From assembly GCA_963697835.1 (NCBI GenBank), contig CAVOPG010000006.1, positions 41,529-105,528 on the forward strand: 64,000 nt of DNA. Reading direction: 5' to 3'. Positions 32,580-45,352 of this stretch are shown here, in pieces. Below the pieces are notes generated by a model. That model was not told the DNA's origin, searched no databases, and saw nothing but the letters and a program-made list of their open reading frames with translations. A program made the translations under genes and the position numbers. The DNA comes from an uncultured Acidobacteriota bacterium (GTDB taxonomy: Bacteria; Acidobacteriota; Vicinamibacteria; Fen-336). Position 1 is the first letter of the stretch; each line of letters begins with the position of its first letter.

Positions 32580-34037
32580 CTAGAGCACCAGGCTGCGGGC
32601 GGCGACGCGGGCGAGGGTGAGCAGCGGCGCCGGCCACACGCCGAGGAGGAGCGTCAGGCCGACCGAGACGGCCAGCGCGAGCGCCGCCGCCGGCGAGACG
32701 GGCGACCAGTCGTCCTCGCCCACGGGCTCGCGCATGTACATGGCCACGACCACCCGCAGGTAGTAGTAGGCCGACACGACACTCATGACGACACCCACGA
32801 GGGCGAGCACCACCCAGCCCGCCGACACCGCCGCGTTGAACAGGTAGAACTTGCCGACGAAGCCGGCGGTGATCGGGATGCCGGTGAGCGAGACGAGGAA
32901 CACGGTGAGCGCTCCGGCGAGGGCCGGCCGCCGCTCGGCGAGGCCGGCCACGTCGCGGAGCGACAGCGGCTCCCTCCCGTCGCGCGCGAGGGCGGCGATC
33001 GCGCCGAAGGCCCCGAGGTTCACGGCCGCGTAGGCCACGAGGTAGAAGAGCACGGCCTCTCCGGCGGCCACGGGCAGGGCCACGAAGCGCGGTCAGCAGG
33101 TACCCCGCGTGCGCGATCGAGGAGTACGCCAGCATGCGCTTCAGGTTCGACTGGGCGAGCGCGGCGAGGTTCCCCACGATCATGGTCGCGATCGCGAGCA
33201 CGGCCACGAGCGGCCGCCACTGGGAGGCGAGGGCGGGCAGCGCGGAGTCGAAGACCCGCAGCAGCGCGCCGAAGGCCGCGGCCTTGACGCCCGCGGCCAT
33301 GAACGCGGTGACCGTCGTGGGCGCCCCCTCGTAGACGTCGGGCGCCCACATGTGGAAGGGCACGCTCGCGACCTTGAAGCCGAAGCCGACCAGCAGCATC
33401 GCCGCCCCGAGCACGGCCAGGGTGGACGAGGCGGGCGACAGCACGCTCACCACGCGCGCCACCTTGTCGAGCGAGGTGCTGCCGCTCACCCCGTAGAGGA
33501 GCGCGATCCCGTACAGGAAGAAGGCCGAGGCGAAGGCGCCGGTCACGAAGTACTTCAGGGCCGACTCCTGGCTCTCCACGCGGCGGCGGTCCATCCCCGC
33601 CATCCCGTAGAGGGCGATCGACATGATCTCGAGGGCGACGAAGATCGAGACGAGCTCGAGGCTGGAGACGAGCCCGAGCATGCCGACCACGGAGAAGAGC
33701 AGCAGCGCGTAGTACTCGCCCCGCTCCATCCCGTTCGCCCGCAGGTACGAGGGAGAGAGCAGCACGCTCACGGCGGCGACCCCGAGGACGAGGGCCTGCA
33801 GGAAGAGCGAGAGATCGTCGGCGCTCACCGCGCCCGCCATGATCGCGCCCCTCCCGGTGCCGGTCGCGAGAAGCCAGACCGACGCGAACGCGGCGGCGAG
33901 GCCGGCGAGCGACAGCGCGGCCGAGGGCGACTCCTTGCCCTTCGGGCGTGAACGCCTGGGCGAGGAGCACCACGAGGCCCGGTCACCGCCACGATGGCGG
34001 CGGGAGCGATGGGCCGGAGATCGAGGACGCCGCCCAT
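32580..34037 (-). CDS. nuoN: NADH-quinone oxidoreductase subunit N; frame broken several times
   Basis: MGGVLDLRPIAPAAIVAVTG start. Frames read FSVVGMLGLVSSLELVSIFVALEIMSIALYGMAG, KYFVTGAFASAFFLYGIALLYG and FHMWAPDVYEGAPTTVTAFMAAGVKAAAF. C-terminal ORF is 32580-33083. Confidence 0.85.
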
Positions 34038-35632
34038 CAGCGTCGCACCTCCGCGATTTCCCCGGCGGCGGGCCTCGCCCCCGTCGACGGTGCATCGGCG
34101 GCGGGCGGCGCCGCCGCGGTCGGCCGGGCCAGCGTCGCGGTCCGGACCGGCTGGGTCTGCTCCCTCACCTGGCGCACGAGCGCGTCCACCGACGGCTCGA
34201 TCCGCCGCGTGAACGCCGGGCTCGCCACGCCCATGACGATCGCGAGCACGACGAGAGGCACGAGCACGGTCGCCTCGCGGGCCGAGAGGTCCGGCAGGCC
34301 CTGGTTCTTCGGGTTCTTCACCTCGCCGTAGAAGACCCGCTTGACCATCCAGAGGACGTAGCCCGCGGCCAGGATCACGCCCAGGGAGGAGGCGATCACC
34401 ATCCAGGGGCTGAACGTCCAGGACCCCATCAGGATCAGGAACTCGCCCACGAAGCCGTTCGTGCCGGGCACCGCGATCGACGAGAGGCTGATCAGGAGGA
34501 AGACCGCGAAGTACCAGGGCATGACCGCCTTCAGCCCGCCGAACTCCGAGATGAGCCGGGTGTGGCGCCGGTCGTACAGCATGCCGACGAGGAAGAAGAG
34601 CGCCCCCGTGGAGATGCCGTGGTTCAGCATCTGGTAGACCGAGCCCACCACGCTGGTGGTCGTGAAGGCCGCGATGCCGAGCATCACGAAGCCGAGGTGG
34701 GAGACCGACGAGTAGGCCACCAGCTTCTTGAGGTCGGGCTGCACCAGCGAGACGAGCGCGCCGTAGACGATGCCGACGACGGCGAGGACGCCCACGAGCG
34801 GCGCGAAGCGCATCGCCGCGTCCGGGAAGAGCGGGATGGCGAGCCGCAGGAAGCCGTAGCCGCCCATCTTCAGCAGCACGCCGGCCAGGATGACCGAGCC
34901 CGCGGTCGGCGCCTCGACGTGCGCGTCGGGGAGCCAGGTGTGGAACGGCCACATCGGCACCTTGATCGCGAAGGCGAGGGCGCAGGCCAGGAAGAGCCAG
35001 GTCTGCGACGCCGGGTCCAGCGGCGCCGCCACGAGGGCCGGGATGTCGAAGCTCCCGAGCCCGGCCTTCCGGTAGAGGACCAGGAACGCGACCAGCATCA
35101 GCACGCTGCCCGCGAAGGTGTAGAGGAAGAACTTCACCGCGGCGTAGATCCGCCGCTCGTGGCCCCAGATCCCGATGAGGAAGTACATCGGGATGAGCAT
35201 GGCCTCCCAGAACACGTAGAAGAGGAAGAGGTCCTGGGCCACGAAGACCCCGACCATCCCCGCCTCGAGCAGGAGCATGAAGACGACGAACTCGCGCACC
35301 CGCTTCTCGATCGAGCTCCAGGAGCCGAGGAGGCAGAGGGGGGTGAGGAACGTGGTCAGGATCACGAGCCAGAGCGACAGCCCGTCGACGCCCACGTGGT
35401 AGCTGATGCCCCAGGCCGGGATCCACGGCCGGCGCTCCGCGAACTGCATCGCGGCCACGTCGCGGAAGCCGGTGACCAGCCGGAGCGACAGGGCGAAGAC
35501 GGCCCCGGAGACGGCGAGGCCGAGGGTCTTCTGCAGCGACTCCGACTCCCGGCGGGTGAGGGCCACGACGACGGCCCCCGCCACCGGGAGGAGGATCAGC
35601 AGGCTGACGAGGTGCGTGCTCAGGAAGCTCAT
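34037..35632 (-). CDS. nuoM: NADH-quinone oxidoreductase subunit M (intact, 531 aa)
   Basis: GVDGLSLWLVILTTFLTPLCLL..FYVFWEAMLIPMYFLIGIWG..HTWLPDAHVEAPTAGSVILAGVLLKMGGYG. Confidence 0.95.
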   Translation of the reverse strand: MSFLSTHLVSLLILLPVAGAVVVALTRRESESLQKTLGLAVSGAVFALSLRLVTGFRDVAAMQFAERRPWIPAWGISYHVGVDGLSLWLVILTTFLTPLCLLGSWSSIEKRVREFVVFMLLLEAGMVGVFVAQDLFLFYVFWEAMLIPMYFLIGIWGHERRIYAAVKFFLYTFAGSVLMLVAFLVLYRKAGLGSFDIPALVAAPLDPASQTWLFLACALAFAIKVPMWPFHTWLPDAHVEAPTAGSVILAGVLLKMGGYGFLRLAIPLFPDAAMRFAPLVGVLAVVGIVYGALVSLVQPDLKKLVAYSSVSHLGFVMLGIAAFTTTSVVGSVYQMLNHGISTGALFFLVGMLYDRRHTRLISEFGGLKAVMPWYFAVFLLISLSSIAVPGTNGFVGEFLILMGSWTFSPWMVIASSLGVILAAGYVLWMVKRVFYGEVKNPKNQGLPDLSAREATVLVPLVVLAIVMGVASPAFTRRIEPSVDALVRQVREQTQPVRTATLARPTAAAPPAADAPSTGARPAAGEIAEVRR

Positions 35633-37595
35633 GACCAGAGGAGGTAGGAGACGATCGCGACCGCCCCCGCGAGGACGAGGAGCGCGTAGTGCCGGACGAA
35701 GCCGGTCTGGACCGGGCGGAGCGTCTCGGCGATCGCCGCGGTGATCGTCCCCGCCCCGTTCACCGCGCCGTCGATGACGCCGGCGTCCACTCGCTTCCAG
35801 AGGAGCGCGTCGCTCCCGCCGACCACGACCCGCGGCGGACGAAGGCGTCGTACGACGTCGTCGAAGAAGTACTTCGCTTCGAAGAGGCGGAGCAGCGGCC
35901 GCGAGGGGCGCCGCGACCGCGGCGCGCAGCGTCGGGCATGGAGAGGTAGAGGTACCAGGCGATCAGGATGCCGACGACGGCGGCGAGCGTCGCCGCCACC
36001 GGCAGCCAGGCCACGTGGTGGGGCGGCGTCCTCCGGCAGGCGGAACACCGGCTGGAGGATCTCCGGGAGCCGGACGCGATGGCCGTCGGGGCCCGGCCAG
36101 AGGGCGTACCCCGACACGATCGAGCCGGCGGCCAGCAGCACCAGCGGCCCGAGCATCGACCACGGCGACTCGTGGAGGTGGTGCTCGGCCTCGTGGCCTC
36201 CCCGGAACTCGCCGAAGAAGGTCAGGAAGAGGAGGCGCGCCATGTAGGCGGCGGTGAGGAGCGCGGTGAAGAGGGCGAGGCCGAACAGGATCGTGTGCCC
36301 GGAGCCCGAGCGCCCCGAGCAGGATCTCGTCCTTGCTGTAGAAGCCGGCGAAGAACGGGATCCCGGCGATGGCGAGCGGTGCCCGACGACGAACGTCCAG
36401 AAGGTCCAGGGGATCTTCGTCCGCAGGCCGCCCATCTTCCGCATGTCCTGCTCGCCCGACATCGCGTGGATGACGGAGCCGGAGCCGAGGAAGAGGAGCG
36501 CCTTGAAGAAGGCGTGGGTGTAGAGGTGGAAGACGGCCACCCCGAACGCCCCCACCCCCGCGGCGAGGAACATGAAGCCGAGCTGGCTCACCGTGGAGTA
36601 GGCGAGCACGCGCTTGATGTCGGTCTGGACGATCGCGATCGTCCCCGCCATGAGCGCGGTCACGGCGCCGGTCGTGGCCACGACCAGCATCGCCGTCTCC
36701 GAGACGTGGTAGAGCGGGCCGAGGCGGGCGACCATGTAGACGCCGGCGGTCACCATGGTGGCCGCGTGGATGAGGGCGGAGACCGGGGTCGGGCCCTCCA
36801 TCGCGTCGGGGAGCCAGACGTGCAGGGGGATCTGCGCGCTCTTGCCGGTGGCGCCGACGAAGAGCAGGAGGCACGCGATCGTCACCGGGCCCCACTCCCA
36901 GAGGCCCTCGCGGGCGAGCGCGCCGGCGTTGTCGGCGATGTCGACGAGGTCGAGGCTGCCGAAGGCGTGGTAGATGAAGATCATCCCCAGGATGAGCCCC
37001 GCGTCGCCGACGCGGTTCACGACGAAGGCCTTGAGGCCGGCGGCGGAGGCGCTGTCCTTCCGGTACCAGAAGCCGATCAGCAGGTACGAGCAGAGCCCCA
37101 CCCCTTCCCAGCCCACGAAGAGGACGCGGCAGGCTGCCGCCCAGCACGAGCAGCAGCATGAAGAAGGTGAAGAGGTTCAGGTACGAGAAGAAGCGGACGC
37201 GGTCCTCGTCCTCGGCCATGTAGCCGAGCGAGTAGACGTGGATCAGCGAGCCGATCCCGGTGACGACGAGCATCATCACGCGACGACAGCGGGTCGACGA
37301 GGAGGCTCAGGGGGACGCGGAAGCCGCCGACCTCGATCCACTCGAAGCCGAGGTAGGGCTGCGAGAAGCGGAGCTGCGCCGGACCGGCCCGCGAGTCCCG
37401 TAGAGCCGCGCGGTCGTCCACGCGGCGAGGCCGAAGGCGGCGATCACCGTGGCGCAGGCCAGGTAGCCGGCCCCGTCGTCCTCCCCGTCCTTCTTGATCC
37501 ACTCCCCGAAGAGCGCGAGGACCACGAAGCCCCCGAGGGGGAGGAGCAGGATGGCGAAGGGCAGGACGCGGTCGAGGACGGTGAGCTCGAGTCAC
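35629..37595 (-). CDS. nuoL: NADH-quinone oxidoreductase subunit L; frame broken several times
   Basis: [53 protein letters not shown] and [36 protein letters not shown]. The ATGA overlap is with nuoM. Confidence 0.85.
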
Positions 37596-37599
37596 GGTC

Positions 37600-37915
37600 C
37601 TACCCCTTCATCACGTTGAACGCGTCCACGTCGAGCGTGTCCTTCGCCCGGTGGAGCGCGATGACGATGGCGAGGCCGACCGCCGCCTCCGCCGCCGCCA
37701 CCACCATCACGAAGAAGACGAGCACCTGCCCGTCGAGCGTCCCCCGGGGCCGCCCGGTTGAAGGCCACGAACGCGAGGTTGACGCCGTTCAGCATCAGCT
37801 CCACGCACATGAGGACGGTGATGACGTTCCTCCGGAGGAAGACGCCCAGCGTCCCCAGGCCGAAGAGGACGAGGCTCAGGAGGACCGCGTGCTGGACGAA
37901 GGCCGGCTGCTCCAT
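37600..37915 (-). CDS. nuoK: NADH-quinone oxidoreductase subunit K; one frame break
   Basis: [52 protein letters not shown]. The corrected tail ends DAFNVMKG. Confidence 0.85.
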
Positions 37916-37920
37916 GCGGC

Positions 37921-38414
37921 TCAGAGCTCCTTCCGGGCGAGGGCCACCGCCCCCACCAGGGCGGCCAGGATCAGGATGGACGTGGCCTCGAACGCGTAGA
38001 GGAAGTGCGCCGAGAAGAGGACCGCCGCCATCTTCCGTGTCGAGGCGTCGAACCCGCCCGCCGGGGCCGGCTGCCACTGCAGCAGCACCGCGCCCGCCTC
38101 CAGCACGAGCAGGGTCACGAGGGCGAGGGCCACCCCCCGCAGGGTGCGCCCCCCGCGGGCCGGGCGCGTCCTCCTCGCTCTTGACGTTGAGGAGCATGAG
38201 GACGAAGAGGAAGAGCACCATGATCGCGCCGGCGTAGACGATGACCTGCAGCACGGCGATGAAGGGCGAGCCGAGCAGCCCGAAGATGACGCTCAGCGAG
38301 CACAGCGTGACGATGAGCGCGAAGGCCGAGTACATCGGGTTGCGCTGGCCGATCACCACCAGGGCGGAGAGCGACCGCGATCGCGGCGAAGACGTAGAAG
38401 AGGATGGCGTCCAT
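37921..38414 (-). CDS. nuoJ: NADH-quinone oxidoreductase subunit J; frame broken
   Basis: [71 protein letters not shown] and [23 protein letters not shown]. Confidence 0.8.
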
Positions 38415-39522
38415 CAGCGACTCGCGACCCGGAGGAGGCCGGGGAAGAGCGCGACGCCGGTCGGCGGTGACCAGGATCCACACCGCGGCCACCGGGACGA
38501 GCACCTTCCAGCCGAAGTGCATCAGCTGGTCGTAGCGCACGCGGGGCAGCGTCCCCCGCAGCCAGATGAAGACGAAGAGGAGCACCGCGACCTTCGCGCC
38601 CCACCAGACGAACCCGGGGAGCCCCTCGGAGGGGAGCCCCGGGATGCCGGCGTGCCAGCCGCCGAGGAAGAGGTTGGTGCCGAGGACGGCGACCGTGATC
38701 ATGTTGATGTACTCGGCCATCTGGATGAGGGCGAAGCGCATCGACGAGTACTCGGTGTGGAAGCCGGCCACGAGCTCCGCCTCGCCCTCCGGCAGGTCGA
38801 AGGGGATCCGCGCCACCTCGGCGGTGGCGGCGAGGAAGTAGACGAGGAAGGCGGGGAACTGCACGAAGGCGTTCCAGCCGAGGAACCAGCCGCCGAAGCG
38901 CGGCCTGGTTGTTCACGATGTCGGTGATCTGGAAGGAGCCGGCCAGCATGATGACCCCGACCCAGCTGAGGCCGAGGGCCAGCTCGTAGGAGAACATCTG
39001 GGCCGAGGAGCGCAGGCCCCCGAGCAGGCTGTACTTGTTGTTGGCGGACCAGCCGGCGAGCACGACGCCGTAGACACCGAGGGCGGTGATCGCGAAGATG
39101 AAGAGCAGCCCCACGTCGATCGTGCGCGATCTGGATCTGCACCGAGCGGCCCTGCAGCCACTCCGGCCACAGCCACGCCGGAGGAAGTCCAGGCGCGGCA
39201 GCGTGAACGGCGGGCCGTACGGCAGCACCGCCACCGCGAGGAGGGCCGTGCTCACCGCCAGCACCGGCGCGGCGAGGAAGGCCCACTTGTCCGCCGCCGC
39301 CGGCATCACCTCCTCCTTGAAGAAGAGCTTGATGCCGTCGGCGATGGGCTGGAGGATCCCGAACGGCCCGGTGCGGTTCGGGCCGAGGCGGAACTGCATG
39401 AAGGCGAGGGTCCGGCGCTCGATCCAGGTCATGACCGAGAAGAGGAGGAGGAGCGTCCCCACCACGACCGCGATCTTGACGCCGGCGAGGATCAGCTCCT
39501 GGACCGCCGGGGAGGGGCTCAT
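38414..39522 (-). CDS. nuoH: NADH-quinone oxidoreductase subunit H; frame broken
   Basis: MSPSPAVQELILAGVKIAVVVGTLLLLFSVMTWIERRTLAFMQFRLGPNRTGPFGILQPIADGIKLFFKEE, and AEVARIPFDLPEGEAELVAGFHTEYSSMRFALIQMAEYINM. Confidence 0.85.
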
Positions 39523-40876
39523 GCCGTCACCCCGCTCTTCGCGAGGGCCTCGTCGAACGTGGGGGCGACCGTCTTCCAGCAGCGCTTCTCGCGGACGTGG
39601 TACTCGAACTCGGCGCGGAACTTGCTGAGCGTCGACTGCGGGCGGGGCGATGGCCGCGTCGCCGAACGGGCACACCGTCTTGCCCGCGATCGAGTCGGTC
39701 ACCTTCCAGAGGAGGTCGAGGTCCGACGCCTTCGCCACCCCCGCCTCGATCCGCTCGAGCAGCCGCAGCATCCAGCCCGTGCCCTCGCGGCAGGGCGAGC
39801 ACTTGCCGCACGACTCGTGCTTGTAGAAGTAGATGAGGTTCTTCGCCATCCACACCATGCAGGTCGAGTCGTCCATCACGATGGTGCCGGCGGAGCCGAG
39901 CATCGAGCCCGCCTTCGCCACCCCGTCGAAGTCCATCGCGACGTCGATCTCGCCCGCGGTGAGGACGGGGGTCGAGGAGCCGCCGGGGACGACGGCCTTG
40001 AGCTTGCGGCCGCCCCGGATCCCCTGCGCGTAGCCCTCGCCGTAGATGAGGTCGCGCAGGGTGATCTTCCCCATCGGCGCCTCGTAGCTGCCCGGCCGCG
40101 CCACGTGGCCGCTGATCGAGTAGAGCTTCGGCCCGCCGTTCTTCTCGGTGCCGTAGCTCGCGAACCACTCCGCCCCGCGGGTCAGGATGAGCGGCACGTT
40201 CACGAGCGTCTCGACGTTGTTGACGATCGTCGGGCAGCCGTAGAGGCCCACCACCGCCGGGAAGGGCGGCTTGATGCGCGGCTGGCCGCGCTTGCCCTCG
40301 AGCGACTCGATGAGGGCCGTCTCCTCGCCGCACTCGTAGGAGCCCGCCCCGCGGTGCACGTGGATCTCGACGTCGATGCCCGGTGCCGAGGATGTTCTTC
40401 CCGACGTAGGCCCGCCGCCCGCGCCTCGGCGAGCGCCTTCTCGAGCGTCCGCGCGCCCACGTGGAACTCGCCGCGGATGTAGACGTAGGCCGTCTGCGAG
40501 CGGATCGCGTGGCAGCTCACCACGATCGCCTCGATCGAGGCGGTGCGGGTCGCGCTCGACGATGACCCGGTCCTTGTAGGTGCCGGGCTCGCTCTCGTCG
40601 GCGTTCACGCACATGTAGCGCGGCTTCGGGTTGTCCTTGGGGAGGAAGCCCCACTTCATCCCGGTCGGGAACCCGGCCCCGCCGCGGCCGCGGAGGCCCG
40701 ACTTCTTGACCGTCTCGACGATCTCCTCGGGCGGCAGCTTCAGCCACTCGCCGAGCTTCGCGTAGCCGCCGGACGCCTCGGTAGACGTCGATCGAGGTCG
40801 AGCCCTCCTTCCAGACGTTCTGGAAGAGGATGTGCTCGCCCGGGCTCTTCGGCCACTCGAAGCTGCGGCGCACCGT
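39519..40876 (-). CDS. nuoF: NADH-quinone oxidoreductase subunit F portion; frame broken; no stop separates it from the nuoE portion
   Basis: EHILFQNVWKEGSTSIDVY, GRGGAGFPTGMKWGF (stitched), YMCVNADESEPGTYKDR, HVHRGAGSYECGEETALIESLEG and HESCGKCSPCREGTGW. The stop overlaps the nuoH ATG (ATGA). Confidence 0.85.
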
Positions 40877-41338
40877 CTCGCCGGCGATCACGCGGTCGAT
40901 GTCCGCCGCGGTCGCGTGCTCGAGCCACTCGCCGTTCACCTGCACCGCCGGCGCCCCGCCGCACGCGGCCAGGCACTCGACCCCCTTCACCGTGAACTTC
41001 CCGTCGGGGGTCGTCTCGCCCGGCTTGATGCCGAGCTTCCGGCAGGTGTGCTCGAGCAGCTCCTCCGCCCCGCCGAGGGCGCAGGAGAGGGTCGTGCAGA
41101 CCTCGATGAGCGTCTTCCCCTCCGGCTTCAGCCGGAACATCGTGTAGAAGCTCGCGGTGTCGTGGACCTGGGCCGGGGAGAGGTCGAGGAGCCCCGCCAC
41201 GTACTCGATCGCCTCCCGGCTGATCCAGCCCTCCTGCTCCTGCACGAGGTGCAGCGCGGGCAGGAGCGCCGAGCGCTTCACCGGGTAGCGCTTCAGGATC
41301 TCGTCGAAGCGGGCCTTGTTCGGGGGCGTGAGTTGCAT
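40877..41338 (-). CDS. nuoE: NADH-quinone oxidoreductase subunit E portion (thioredoxin-like 2Fe-2S)
   Basis: MQLTPPNKARFDEILKRYPVKRSALLPALHLVQEQEGWISREAIEYVAGLLDLSPAQVHDTASFYTMF..EVCTTLSCALGG..ECLAACGGAPAVQVNGE. Confidence 0.85.
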
Positions 41339-41350
41339 CGCGCGGTCTTG

Positions 41351-41703
41351 CCTACCAGTCGAGCGCGCCCGACTTCCACGCGTAGGCGAACCCGCCGCCG
41401 AGCAGGGCCATGAAGACGGCCATCTCGACGAGGCCGAAGAGGCCGAGGTCCCGGAAGACGAGCGCCCAGGGATAGAGGAAGGCGGCGTCCACGTCGAGAA
41501 GGATGAAGATCATGCAGACGAGGTAGAACTTGATCGGGAAGCGCTCGCGGGCGGTGCCGACCGGCTGGCATGCCGCACTCGTAGGTCGAGAGCTTGGCGG
41601 GGTTCGGGCGCGGTCGTCCCAGCAGGTGGGACATCACGAGGGTGAAGACGCCGAAGCCGAGCGCGACGGTGCCGAGGATGAAGATCGGGGCGTAGCTGGG
41701 CAT
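41351..41703 (-). CDS. nuoA: NADH-quinone oxidoreductase subunit A; one frame break
   Basis: [45 protein letters not shown]. The corrected tail ends [12 protein letters not shown]. Confidence 0.85.
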
Positions 41704-41750
41704 CGGGTGAGTCAGGGGACCGCCGGAAGCGCGAGGCGGTAAGCCGCCGA

Positions 41751-41779
41751 ACTATAGCTTCGGGCAGTACCGAGGTCAA
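41751..41779 (-). promoter_or_regulatory. sigma70-type promoter of the nuo operon
   Basis: Minus strand reads TTGACC (41779-41774), a 17-nt spacer, then TATAGT (41756-41751), about 45 nt upstream of the nuoA ATG. Confidence 0.5.
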
Positions 41780-41857
41780 CAAACGGAGGCCGGCGAGCGC
41801 GGCCCACGCAGTAGAATGCCCCGCGCGGCACGGAGGGCGATCCACGGGAGGCCGGCC

Positions 41858-43414
41858 ATGGGAACGCGACTGAGGAGGGCACGCAGGGTCGTTCTCTTCG
41901 CCGCCGTCGTCTCGGCGGCGTGGTGGGCCTCGCCCGCCGGCGCCGAAGAAGGAGCGCTCGGGCAGTTCGACGGACACGGGGACGTCGGCTCGCCCCGGCT
42001 GCCGGGAAGAACGACGTACAACGCCGTGTCCCAGGAGTACGGCTCTCCGCGGCCGGGGTCAACATGTGGGGCCCGCGCGACGAGCTCCACTTCGCCTGGA
42101 AGCGGCTGAAGGGCGACTTCATCCTCCAGGCGGAGGTGAGGTTCGTGGGCACCGGCGCCGACCCGCACCGCAAGGCCGGCGTCATCGTGCGCCGCAGCCT
42201 CGACGCCGACTCTCCCTACGCCGACGCGGTGGTGCACGGCGACGGCCTCACGTCGCTCCAGTTCCGCCGGGCGAAGGGCGCGCTCACGGAGGAGGTTCGC
42301 TCGGAGATGACCGGCGCGGACGTCTGCAGCTCGAGCGGAAGGGCACGACCGCTCACCCTATCGGCGGCCCGCTTCGGCGAGCCCTTCACGCACCAGCCAG
42401 GTGACGGATCTCGCTCTGGGCGACGAGGTCTACGTCGGCCTCTTCCTGTGCTCGCACAACCCGGACGTGGTCGAGAAGGCCGTCTTCCGCAACGTCCGCT
42501 TCGTCCGACCCGCCCGGGACGGCTTCGTCCCCTACCGCGACTACATCGGGAGCCGCCTCGAGATCCTCGACGTGCGGACCGGAGCGGCAGCCTCGTCGTC
42601 CACGCCTCGGCCGAGCCCTTCGAGGCGCCGAACTGGACGCGCGACGGCGCCGCCGCTCATCTACAACACCAGCGGGCGGGGCGAGGGGCGGGGACGGCTC
42701 CATCGCTTCGACCTCGCCACGCGGACCTCGTCGCTCGATCGACACCGGCTTCGCCGTCCGGAACAACAACGACCACGTCCTCTCGTTCGACGGCACGATG
42801 CTCGGCATCAGCGACCAGAGCGCGCCCGACGGCCAGTCCGCCGTCTACACGCTGCCGGCGCGCGGCGGGACCCCGCAGCGCATCACCCCGCTCGCCCCCT
42901 CGTACTTCCACGGCTGGTCGCCGGACGGGAAGTCATCTCGTCTACACCGGCGGGAGGAACGGCGAGTACGACATCTACTCGATCCCCGCCGACGGCAGCG
43001 GCGACGGAGACGCGCCTCACCTCCTGGAAGGGGCTCGACGACGGACCGGAGTACACGCCGGACGGGCAGCTTCATCTACTTCAACTCGACCCGCAGCGGC
43101 ACCATGCAGATCTGGCGGATGAAGCCCGACGGCAGCGGACCCGGAGCAGGTCACGAGCGACGAGCTCAACAACTGGTTCCCGCACGTCTCGCCCGGACGG
43201 GCAAGAGGATCGCGTTCATCGTCGTTCCGGAAGGAGGTCGACCCCGTCGGACCACCCGTACTACAAGCAGGTCTACATCCGCCTCATGCCGATCGAGGGC
43301 GGCGCCCCGCGGGTCGTCGCGTACGTGTACGGGGGGCAGGGCACGATCAACGTGCCGTCGTGGTCGCCCGACGGCACGATGCTCGCGTTCGTCAGCAACA
43401 CGGACATGGAGTGA
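41858..43414 (+). CDS. Secreted TolB-like beta-propeller (PD40/WD40-like) protein with an N-terminal jelly-roll-like domain; heavily frame-broken
   Basis: [29 protein letters not shown] signal. Then [45 protein letters not shown]. Propeller repeats read [62 protein letters not shown] and [17 protein letters not shown]. Confidence 0.6.
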
Positions 43415-43417
43415 GCG

Positions 43418-44863
<1,446 letters not shown>

Positions 44864-44940
44864 TGTCATCCCGACGAGCTTCGTTCGGCCCGGCGAGGAG
44901 GGATCCGCCGGGATTGCGGGTCCCTCGTCGCGCGACTCGG

Positions 44941-45351
44941 ATGGAGATCCTCGGGATGACAGGAGTGGCGGTCGTCCTCCTGCCTCTCCTCGCCGCCTGC
45001 TCCGGCAACCCGAAACCCATGACCTACGCCTTCCCGCCGCCGGAGGCTCCCGCGGTGGGAACCGTCGTCGAGGGCATCGCGTCCTGGTACGGCCCGGACT
45101 ACCACGGGAAGAAGACGTCGAGCGGCGAGGTCTTCGACCAGGACGCGCTGACCGCGGCCCACGCCTACTGGGCCTTCGGCACCCGCGTGCGCGTGACGCT
45201 CCTCTCGACCGGCAAGAGCGTCGTCGTCCGCATCAACGACCGCTTCCCCTCGCACAAGGGCCGCGCGATCGACCTGTCGCGCGGAGCCGCGAAGGCGATC
45301 GGCCTTATCGGCCCCGGCACCGGCCAGGTCCGGCTCGAGGTCGTCGAGTAG
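44941..45351 (+). CDS. rlpA: RlpA-like lipoprotein (DPBB domain, septal ring lytic transglycosylase family)
   Basis: Lipobox LLPLLAACSG, then GIASWYGPDYHGKKTSSGEVFDQDALTAAH..FGTRVRVTLLSTGKSVVVRINDRFP. Confidence 0.8.
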   Translation: MEILGMTGVAVVLLPLLAACSGNPKPMTYAFPPPEAPAVGTVVEGIASWYGPDYHGKKTSSGEVFDQDALTAAHAYWAFGTRVRVTLLSTGKSVVVRINDRFPSHKGRAIDLSRGAAKAIGLIGPGTGQVRLEVVE

Positions 45352-45352
45352 C

